Shown here: piece after piece, positions 1 to 7,741 of the stretch
Layout: every line of letters begins with the position of its first letter
Numbering within the stretch: the first letter of the stretch is position 1
Assembly (NCBI GenBank): GCA_963699755.1
Contig: CAVOVB010000001.1
Location: 1,024,001 to 1,088,000, forward strand
From: an uncultured delta proteobacterium
GTDB lineage: Bacteria > Myxococcota_A > Polyangia > Polyangiales > Houyiibacteriaceae
DNA: 64,000 nucleotides
Direction: 5' to 3'
Made by a program: the position numbers and the translations under genes
The notes under the pieces: generated by a model
What the model was told of the DNA's origin: nothing
Database searches by the model: none
What the model saw: only the letters and a program-made list of their open reading frames with translations

Positions 1-96
1 CGAAGTTGGAGAATCGCGCATCCGGCATTCAGGGCCTTGAACGTCAACTCTAGGGGGCGTTCCGTGAGCTCTACGTCGACGATCGCGTAGAGAGAA

Positions 97-960
97 TCAA
101 TCAACGGGCTCGTCTCCAGTCAGCTTGTCATAGAGCTCCGGCCGGCGATCGCGGAAGAAGCCCCAGTTGGCACGGTAGAGACGAAGCGCGTCGCGATCGA
201 ACGAAGCACAAGCCACGCCTTCTTCCTCTCGCCCGAGCTCGGCGCGAAGATCACCGCGCTGATCGCAGACGAAGGAGCTGCCATAGAAGGATAGATTTCC
301 TTCGGTGCCAACGCGGTTGGCCGCGGCCACGGGCATGGCGTTGGCCACCGCATGACCGATCATCACGCGTCGCCAGGGCGGCTGACTGTCCTCCTCCGGC
401 GCCTCCGGCTCACTGCCGATTGCGGTTGGATAGAGCAAGGCCTCGGCTCCTTGGAGGGCCATGCTCCTAGCCGCTTCCGGAAACCACTGGTCCCAGCAGA
501 TACCGACACCGATGCTGCCGTGGCGGGTTTTCCAGACCCGAAAACCCGTGTCACCGGGCCGAAAGTAGAACTTCTCCTGGTAGCCAGGGCCGTCTGGGAT
601 GTGGCTCTTGCGGTACAAGCCGAGCCGCCTCCCGTCGGCGTCGATTGTCACTAGGCTGTTGTAGTAGGCTTGGCCCGCGCGTTCGAAGAAAGAGATCGGA
701 AGAACCACCTCGAGCTCGGCAGCCAGGGCTTGCATGCGCGTCACGGTGGGATGTGAGTCGAGTGGCGCCGCCAAGTCGAACGCACGCTCGTCTTCGTTCT
801 GCGGGAAGTAGGGACCTTCGAAGAGCTCCGGCGTGACGATGATCTGCGCGCCGCGCCCTGCGGCCTCGCGAACCAGAGCTTCGATTCGGGCGACGTTGGC
901 TTCCAGCGAATCGCCAAGGGCGCACTGGACGATTCCGATGGAAAGTGAAGAGGCGGTCAT
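97..960 (-). CDS. aguB: N-carbamoylputrescine amidase (nitrilase superfamily)
   Basis: Catalytic-triad motifs PELF, YRKSHIPDGPGYQEKFYF and GICWDQWFPE. Start taken at ATG 960, which overlaps the aguA stop (ATGA). Confidence 0.93.
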   Translation of the reverse strand: MTASSLSIGIVQCALGDSLEANVARIEALVREAAGRGAQIIVTPELFEGPYFPQNEDERAFDLAAPLDSHPTVTRMQALAAELEVVLPISFFERAGQAYYNSLVTIDADGRRLGLYRKSHIPDGPGYQEKFYFRPGDTGFRVWKTRHGSIGVGICWDQWFPEAARSMALQGAEALLYPTAIGSEPEAPEEDSQPPWRRVMIGHAVANAMPVAAANRVGTEGNLSFYGSSFVCDQRGDLRAELGREEEGVACASFDRDALRLYRANWGFFRDRRPELYDKLTGDEPVD

Positions 961-1955
961 GGGGCCCTGGGCTGAGCTTGTGTGACGCAGTGAAACGCTC
1001 CGCCTCCCCATAGCAGGTCTGCGGCCGGCAAGCCGATCACCTCTCGACCCCGAAAGGCGTTTCCGATCTCGGCGAGCACGGCTCGGTCTTCCGGGAGGCC
1101 GTAGGTTGGAACGATCACGGCAGCGTTGGCGATGTAGAAGTTGCAGTAGCTGGCTGGCAGCGGCTCCCCATTGGGCGCTTGCAGAGCAGACGGTGACGGG
1201 ATTTCGATCGCGTTCAGTCCGCTTGCGCGCAGCTCCCGCACGATCGAATCAAGCACGGCGGCGTTCGGTTTCCCTGGGGTCGACTTCATGCAAAGCACCG
1301 TATCGGCTGCCACGAAACGCGCGACCATGTCGACATGACCATCGGTGTGGTCATGCTCCAAGCCCGCATCGAGCCAAATCAAACGATCGATCGATACCAG
1401 ATCGCTGAGGGCCTTTTCGAAAGAAGCGCGCGTTAATCCCGGATTCCGATTGGGGTTCAGGGCGCACGAAGCGGTGGTTAGAAAGGTTCCCTGACCGTTC
1501 GTCTCGAGGGCGCCTCCCTCCAAGACGAGAGGACAGTCGAGGCGCATCGCCCCGAGTCGCTCGGTCAGCCAGTTGCTGACCCCCGAGTCGAACGGGATCG
1601 GGTACTTGCCACCCCAGCCGTTGAACTCGAAGCAGAGGCCGCCGAGGGAGCCGTCGCTCCTGTGCCCTAGGAGCGGCGCCGTGTCGCGCAGCCAGCAGTC
1701 GCCGTAGTCAGCCGTGACATAGCGAACATTGAGAACCTCACCGATCAACGAGCGCGCCCGCGCCTCGACTTGATCGTTCTTCACGAGAAGCCGCACGGGC
1801 TCGTTTCCCGCCTCGGCGATTGTTCGACAGAGTGCCGCAATTGACCGTTGTGCCTGGCCGAGGTTGAAGGGCCATTCCGCTTGAGAATACGGAAATCCGA
1901 GCCAACAAGCGCTGTGCGGCTCCCATTCAGCCGGAAGCCGAAGTCGTTCGTTCAC
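957..1955 (-). CDS. aguA: agmatine deiminase
   Basis: Motifs PAEWEPH, WLRD, FNGWGGKY, LEGG, HTDGHVD, ASYCNFY and C-terminal GGGAFHCVTQ. Adjacent to aguB. Confidence 0.93.
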   Translation of the reverse strand: MNERLRLPAEWEPHSACWLGFPYSQAEWPFNLGQAQRSIAALCRTIAEAGNEPVRLLVKNDQVEARARSLIGEVLNVRYVTADYGDCWLRDTAPLLGHRSDGSLGGLCFEFNGWGGKYPIPFDSGVSNWLTERLGAMRLDCPLVLEGGALETNGQGTFLTTASCALNPNRNPGLTRASFEKALSDLVSIDRLIWLDAGLEHDHTDGHVDMVARFVAADTVLCMKSTPGKPNAAVLDSIVRELRASGLNAIEIPSPSALQAPNGEPLPASYCNFYIANAAVIVPTYGLPEDRAVLAEIGNAFRGREVIGLPAADLLWGGGAFHCVTQAQPRAP

Positions 1956-1964
1956 CGTCGAAAC

Positions 1965-2966
1965 CTACCACGCGAACACGCGGGCCTCACCGAACCGCGC
2001 GACCATGGCGTTGACGTGCTCGAGGACCGCACGACGCCGCTCTGCGAGTCCCTCGAGTTGCTTCTCGTTGAGCACTGGAGCAAGCGGATCTCCACGCAAA
2101 CGGGCAGAAAACGCCGCAATATCGAGCTTTCGCACCGCTTCGATCGTCGAGCGACGAAAGCGCTGAAGGGCCCTCAAGCGAGCCTCCATCAGGCCCAGGC
2201 GCTGCTCTCCGGGCCAGAAGCCGGCACCGTTGTCCAAGTAGATCAGCGGGCCGCCCTCTCCCCGCGATCGAAGGTTGGTGAAGTCGCCCCCCCAGCGGTC
2301 GACGTTTTGGGTGAGATAATCGAATACGATCAGGTCGGAGAGCTCCGCGGGCCGCTGCGCAATATCAGGGGTCTTTGCGATCGGTCGACTCGGATCGGTC
2401 GCTTCGCGAATTCCCGAGCGCCTGTTCAGATCGGCGCGATAATCTACAGGTCGTTGGTAGGGAGTGATCGGAAGCGAGCTCTGAACCCGTAGCCAGCGCT
2501 CCCAGTTGCGACCCACGCGAATGCGTTTGAGTGGCTCCGGGATCCACCAGATGAACGCGCCCTTTAGCGTGCCATCCGGCGCAATGCCGAGCTCGCTCAC
2601 CCGCGGATCACTTCCGGCGGCAGCTCGCAGCTCGCTCCACCGAAATCTGCGACCGCTTGTCGGAGGTACCCGGCCCAGCCCGAGCTCGCGATCGAGATAG
2701 TACGCGGCGACCTCTGAGTACCAGTGGGCCGCGGAGAAGGTCTGCTTGGGCTTGAAATAGCCCCGAGTCCCGTCCGCGAGCCTGATCTCGAAGGCCAGGC
2801 TGCGGCCCCCTTTGCCCTTGTTTACCCCCGCGATCTCCTCTGTCCTCAGCGCTGCAATTCGCTCGCTATCCGCCTCTCCGAGAAAGGCGTCTGCGCTGCT
2901 CTGCGCGGCGACCGTCCAGGGCATGAGGAGCGCCATCAGCAGGGCGATCGAGGCGACTCGCAGCAC
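1965..2966 (-). CDS. secreted Fam20C/four-jointed-like atypical kinase
   Basis: Sec signal peptide (…PWTVAA|Q). Motifs FKP, EVAAYYLDRELG..RVPP, FDYLTQNVDR and YLDNGAGF, plus C-terminal LRGDPLAPVL. Confidence 0.8.
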   Translation of the reverse strand: MLRVASIALLMALLMPWTVAAQSSADAFLGEADSERIAALRTEEIAGVNKGKGGRSLAFEIRLADGTRGYFKPKQTFSAAHWYSEVAAYYLDRELGLGRVPPTSGRRFRWSELRAAAGSDPRVSELGIAPDGTLKGAFIWWIPEPLKRIRVGRNWERWLRVQSSLPITPYQRPVDYRADLNRRSGIREATDPSRPIAKTPDIAQRPAELSDLIVFDYLTQNVDRWGGDFTNLRSRGEGGPLIYLDNGAGFWPGEQRLGLMEARLRALQRFRRSTIEAVRKLDIAAFSARLRGDPLAPVLNEKQLEGLAERRRAVLEHVNAMVARFGEARVFAW

Positions 2967-3167
2967 CGACGGGAGCGTACTGCCCGTTCAGCTCAAACCC
3001 ATAGTTTTGGGGTTCAACGAATCCCAGGCGGTGCCGCACATCCGTCCGACAAAGTATTACTTTTGCCCTAAGCGGGTGAAAAAGCGGAGTTTTGGGCCTC
3101 ACCAAAGCGCCGCGCTTAACCCCTCCGGCTGGCGAAACGCGAGGATCTGTCGCAATAATGATCCTGC

Positions 3168-4835
3168 ATGAGTCTCGGGGGGATGATCCATACGACGCGG
3201 CTACTCGTGGTGGCCTCTGCGATCGCGCTCTTGGCAGGCTGTGAAGGCTTGATCGGTGACGCCGAGGGCGGTCCAGCCAGGGCTGCGGAGGCGTTCCTCT
3301 GCCAGAATCCTAACGCAATCACAGTCGGGTCATCTCCGGTGAGACGCCTCACGAACACCGAGTACGAAAACACCATACGCGACCTCCTGGGTGGGAACGT
3401 TCCCCAGGTGCCAGAACAGCCGAGCGATGCAGTCTTGGAAGGCTCCTTCGAGAACGACGCACAGTCTCTCGGCCCATCCGATGTTCGTATTGCGCGCTAT
3501 GAAACCGCGGCGATGACCCTGGGCGAGCACGCGGTCAACGACTCCACCGCGCGCAATCGCGTGGTTCCTTGCGCAACGGCGGATGCCGATTGCGGCCGGC
3601 AGTTCGTCGAGAGCTTTGGCAAGCGAGCGTTTCGTCGCCCCCTTACCGAGGCCGAGCTCAGCCGCTGGGTCGACTTCTTCGAATCGCAGCGCGTCTCCAT
3701 CGACTTCGATGCCGCAGTCCAGTTGACCGTCGCCGCAATGCTGCAGACGCCACAGTTCCTCTACCGACTCGAGAGCGAAGGCGGCGCCGCAGACGTGAAT
3801 CATATCGAGCTGAGCCAGCACGAGCTTGCGAGCCGACTTTCGTACTTCCTCTGGGAAACGATGCCGGATGACGCGCTCCTTGCAGCGGCGGACGCCGGTG
3901 AGCTCGAGACCGACGCCCAGCTCGAAGAACAGGCTCGGCGGCTTCTTGCGGACAGGCGCGCGCGCGACGCAGTACGGAACTTCCATCGCCAGTGGCTGTA
4001 CCTCGATCGGGTGCTCGACGAGGACAAGGTAGCGGAGCTCTTTCCCATGTGGGGCCCGCAGGCACGCGCCTCTGCCAAAGAAGAAACCCTCCGTTTCATC
4101 GAGACCACCTTCTTCGAGGGGGGCACGGTCGAGGATCTGTTCACCAGCAATCTCGCCTATGTCGACGACGTGATGTCGGAGCTCTACGACATCCCCGCAC
4201 CCTCCGAGCCCTGGGCTCAGGTCGAGCTCGATCCGACCGAGCGCGCAGGCCTTCTGAGCCGCGTCGCATTCCTTGCCGGCTTTGCACACGAGGCGAACGG
4301 CTCTCCTCCGCTTCGCGGCGTCTTCGTGATGGAGCGTCTGCTTTGTGAGCCGCGTCCCTCGCCACCTGCGAACGCCGATACTTCCGTGCCGGAGCCCGAT
4401 CCCAACGCAGGGCCGGTGACCAACCGCGACCTGTTTGAGGAACGCGTGGCTCCGTCGGCCTGCCAGGGTTGTCACGTTCGAATCGACGGCTTTGGCTTCG
4501 GATTTGAGAACTACGACGCCGCTGGCATATTCCGTAGTGAGGAGAACGGGCTTCCGGTCGATGCATCCGGCTTCGCAAACGGCATCGGAAACGACGCCGC
4601 GTACGAAGGCGCCGTCGAGCTGCAAAACCTTCTCGGCCAGAGCGAAGTCGTTCGCGATTGCGTTGCGAAGCAGTGGTTCACCTATGCGAACGGCCGACCG
4701 ATGGAGCCCGCCGACACCTGCCAGGTCGAGGCGATTCAGGCCGAGCTCGAAGCAAACGGAGGCGACCTCGTCGAGCTACTGGTGAGTATTGTGACCCGCC
4801 CCGAGTTCCGGCTCCGCACCAGCGGAGAGAGCTAA
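3168..4835 (+). CDS. DUF1592-family lipoprotein (DUF1587/1595/1592/1588/1585 architecture) with one c-type heme motif
   Basis: Lipobox LAGC. Motifs RRLTNTEYENTIRDL, AFRRPL, ELASRLSYFLW, SPPLRG and CQGCH. The start may be the ATG at 3183. Confidence 0.88.
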   Translation: MSLGGMIHTTRLLVVASAIALLAGCEGLIGDAEGGPARAAEAFLCQNPNAITVGSSPVRRLTNTEYENTIRDLLGGNVPQVPEQPSDAVLEGSFENDAQSLGPSDVRIARYETAAMTLGEHAVNDSTARNRVVPCATADADCGRQFVESFGKRAFRRPLTEAELSRWVDFFESQRVSIDFDAAVQLTVAAMLQTPQFLYRLESEGGAADVNHIELSQHELASRLSYFLWETMPDDALLAAADAGELETDAQLEEQARRLLADRRARDAVRNFHRQWLYLDRVLDEDKVAELFPMWGPQARASAKEETLRFIETTFFEGGTVEDLFTSNLAYVDDVMSELYDIPAPSEPWAQVELDPTERAGLLSRVAFLAGFAHEANGSPPLRGVFVMERLLCEPRPSPPANADTSVPEPDPNAGPVTNRDLFEERVAPSACQGCHVRIDGFGFGFENYDAAGIFRSEENGLPVDASGFANGIGNDAAYEGAVELQNLLGQSEVVRDCVAKQWFTYANGRPMEPADTCQVEAIQAELEANGGDLVELLVSIVTRPEFRLRTSGES

Positions 4836-4839
4836 CCCC

Positions 4840-6261
4840 ATGAGCCGAAGCCCATTCATCATCGATCGTCGCCGTTTCCTAGGCACGCTGGGTTTGACCG
4901 CAGGGTCGCTGATGTTGCCTTCATTCCCGGGGCGCAGAGCCCATGCGCAGTCCGCCCCGAAGCGTCTCGTGCTTTTCATCACACCGCATGGCACGGTGCC
5001 GGGGCGTTGGCACATGCGCCAACCGGGCCGCGACAACGAGGAGTACGACTATTCGCTCAGCGGCCTGAGCGAATCCCAATTCAGCCAAATTCTTCGTCCC
5101 CTCCACCGTCACCGAGACAAGCTTCTGATCGTCGACGGCTTGGCACGCATGGTGACCTATGCCGAGGAATACCGCGTGGCAGACCTCGGGTACGCTGGTG
5201 ACGTCAACCGTCACCACATCGGCCAGGCGCACCTGCTGACGAATACCTGGGCGTTCCAAGGTGCGGCTACAGCCCGTGGCGGCGCTCATTCCATCGACCA
5301 GGAAATCGGCAATGCGGTCGGTCAGCCGGGACGCTGGAATAGTCGCGTCTACGGGTTCAATCATCAGCACGCCTACAATTATGTGGGGGCCAACCAGCCG
5401 GCACCGCGGGAGCAGAACCCACAGGCCGCGTTCAACGACATTCTCGGCCTGGCGCCCGCGCCGAGCGAAGCCGGAGAGCCAAGCCGCGCCGACATGCTCG
5501 ATGCTGCGCGCGCCAGCGTTCTCGACATGGCAAGCGAGGAGTTTGCCACGGTGTTGCCGAAGCTCAGCGCCGCGGATCGAGAGAAGCTCGAGCGGCATCG
5601 CACGCTCGTCCGGGACCTCGAAGTCGGTGTGAACCTCAGCGCTCCGATGGGATGCGACCCATCTTTCTCAGCTCAGGGGCATGTCATCGATCAGTTCTCG
5701 CGACTCACGACCATGGCGCTCGCGTGCGACCTGACTCGCGTCGTGACCCTGGTGACGCAGGACATTCCAGGAAACGAATTCGGCGTATCGCCTGGGATCG
5801 ACATGCACCAGGATATCGCGCATTCGTCGGACGAGAACAGCGGCAGCTCGCAGGGTGTCGAGGGGATGACCGAGTACAACCGGGTGTATGCAGAGCACTT
5901 CGCTTACCTGCTAGACCAGCTCGATTCCGTCCAGGAAGCGGGCGGCACCTTGCTCGACAATAGCGCCGTGGTGTGGGTTTCGGAGCTTGGAACGGGCACA
6001 CACGAGATTAGTCGCGTGCCAAACGTGATCGCCGGTGGCGCCGGGGGGTACTTCAGGCCCGGGCGCTACGTGCACTACCCTCAAAGCGCGCTTACCGTCG
6101 GCTGGGGCCACCAAGCGCAGGTCGGGCCGGCCCATGAGCGGCTGAACGTCAGCTTGATGCATGCGATGGGGATGACCGATCGGAGCTACTTCGGCCTCGA
6201 GCAGGTGACCATCGGCGGGCAAACCATCTCGCTCCGCGACCCGGTGCCGCGCCTCACCTAG
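4840..6261 (+). CDS. DUF1552-family protein, predicted Tat substrate
   Basis: Twin-arginine signal DRRRFLGTLG. Motifs KRLVLF, SIDQ, ALACDLTRV, TLLDNS and IAGGAGG. Starts 4 bp downstream of the DUF1592 gene. Confidence 0.88.
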   Translation: MSRSPFIIDRRRFLGTLGLTAGSLMLPSFPGRRAHAQSAPKRLVLFITPHGTVPGRWHMRQPGRDNEEYDYSLSGLSESQFSQILRPLHRHRDKLLIVDGLARMVTYAEEYRVADLGYAGDVNRHHIGQAHLLTNTWAFQGAATARGGAHSIDQEIGNAVGQPGRWNSRVYGFNHQHAYNYVGANQPAPREQNPQAAFNDILGLAPAPSEAGEPSRADMLDAARASVLDMASEEFATVLPKLSAADREKLERHRTLVRDLEVGVNLSAPMGCDPSFSAQGHVIDQFSRLTTMALACDLTRVVTLVTQDIPGNEFGVSPGIDMHQDIAHSSDENSGSSQGVEGMTEYNRVYAEHFAYLLDQLDSVQEAGGTLLDNSAVVWVSELGTGTHEISRVPNVIAGGAGGYFRPGRYVHYPQSALTVGWGHQAQVGPAHERLNVSLMHAMGMTDRSYFGLEQVTIGGQTISLRDPVPRLT

Positions 6262-7232
6262 TCGCTTGGCGGCGCGACACCGATCAGGTCGATTTCCTGG
6301 CCGACCGATTGTGCCCTCGCCGTGTCGTAGATCGCCCGCGCGAGCGAGACATCCTGGATAGCTAGGCCCGTCGAGTCGAAGATGGTCGTCGTCGAGACGT
6401 CCGGTTTGGGGAGTAGACCCGCAACCACTTCGCCCAGGGTGCCGGCGAGCTGGTCGACCTCGAAGTCACCGGCGGCGAGGGGGACGTTGATTTCGCCACT
6501 TCCGGTGGCCTGATGAATGTCGTCGATATAGACCGCCGCGTTGTTCAGGAGCTCGGTCGCGAGCTCTTGCTTTCCCGCCGCATCGGCGCCCATCGCGTTG
6601 ATGTGTGCACCGCTTCGAATCCATTCGAGCTTCACGAAGGGGGTTCGCGATGGCGTCGCCGTACATACGATGTCCGCGCCAGCAGCTTCCTCCAGGGAAA
6701 CCACGCGGGCGCCGACCTGGTCGGCGAAGGCGGCTGCGGTCGCTTCGTTGCGGTCATACGCTAGGCTTTCGAAGCCATCGAATACGACACAGTGCGTACC
6801 ATGCAGCGTGTACGCCTGCGCCCCACAACCGATGAAAGCGATCGTCTTGGGGCCGCGTTGCGCGAGGTACTTGGATGCGATTGCGCCGGCTGCGCCTGTC
6901 CGAAGCGAAGTGAGCCAGGTACCATCCATGATCGCCAAGGGGAACGCGTTGGCGGGATCATTGAGCACATACACCGCCATGACCGTTGGCATCCCGAATC
7001 GCCTGCGATTCTGCGCGTGCACGTTCACCCACTTGATTCCCGCAGAGTCGCCGAGGCGCGACGGCATCGCACGGAAATCACCGTCGTGATCCGCGATCGG
7101 AAGATACACCTTGGGGGGCATCGTCGCCTCGCCGCGACCAAATGCCGCAAACGCAGGCTCTGCCGCAGAGACCGCGAGCTCCATCGTTGCCAGTCGTTCG
7201 ACGTCCGATCGTGTCAAGAGCAAGGTTCTCAT
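6258..7232 (-). CDS. ornithine cyclodeaminase/mu-crystallin family protein, resembling archaeal-type alanine dehydrogenase
   Basis: Motifs MPPKVYL, GDFRAMP, GIKWVNVH, LRTGAAG, GCGAQA, HINAMGAD and FDSTGLAIQD. Confidence 0.88.
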   Translation of the reverse strand: MRTLLLTRSDVERLATMELAVSAAEPAFAAFGRGEATMPPKVYLPIADHDGDFRAMPSRLGDSAGIKWVNVHAQNRRRFGMPTVMAVYVLNDPANAFPLAIMDGTWLTSLRTGAAGAIASKYLAQRGPKTIAFIGCGAQAYTLHGTHCVVFDGFESLAYDRNEATAAAFADQVGARVVSLEEAAGADIVCTATPSRTPFVKLEWIRSGAHINAMGADAAGKQELATELLNNAAVYIDDIHQATGSGEINVPLAAGDFEVDQLAGTLGEVVAGLLPKPDVSTTTIFDSTGLAIQDVSLARAIYDTARAQSVGQEIDLIGVAPPSD

Positions 7233-7310
7233 CCGCTCAGCCTCCCCGGAAATTCTATTCGCGACTTGGCGCGTTGGGTATAGTCCGCCCGCCCCATAGG
7301 AACTAGGAGA

Positions 7311-7733
7311 ATGACCATGTCCCCCTCTATACTTGCGCTCGTCGGCTATGTCGCGTGGACGATCTTGTTGACGACGACGATCGTATTTTATCGCACCACG
7401 CTCGTCCTCAAGAAGGAGCGTGCTGCCAACCAGTTTTTACCTAGCGGCGAAGACGTTTCTCCGTTCTCGAATCGACTTTGCCGCGCACATGCGAATTGCT
7501 ACGAGAATCTTCCGGCTTTCGCGGCGTTGATTCTCTTGGCGCTGGTGACCGACAACGCCGGCATCACCGATCCGCTGGCACGCTGGGTCCTGGTCGCGCG
7601 AGTGGCACAATCGACGGTGCATCTTATTTCGACGAGCGAAATGGCCGTGTCGCTTCGAGCGGCCTTGCTCCTCGTTCAGCTAGGCATCGAGGCCTACTGG
7701 GTCGTTCAGCTTGGGCTCATGGGATTTAACTAG
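7311..7733 (+). CDS. MAPEG family membrane protein
   Basis: Four hydrophobic segments, motifs RAHANCYENLP and ARVAQSTVHL, and an AGGAGA RBS. Confidence 0.85.
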   Translation: MTMSPSILALVGYVAWTILLTTTIVFYRTTLVLKKERAANQFLPSGEDVSPFSNRLCRAHANCYENLPAFAALILLALVTDNAGITDPLARWVLVARVAQSTVHLISTSEMAVSLRAALLLVQLGIEAYWVVQLGLMGFN

Positions 7734-7741
7734 CCCTGATT

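Noticed and set aside
1..96. Possible gene end at the window edge
   Set aside because: All three plus-strand frames stop within 90 bp and none shows a recognisable motif.
3330..4625. 431-aa minus-strand ORF, and similar antisense ORFs at 31342-32472, 51571-52638 and 62348-63418
   Set aside because: They lie opposite well-supported genes, have no recognisable motifs, and are expected in high-GC DNA.
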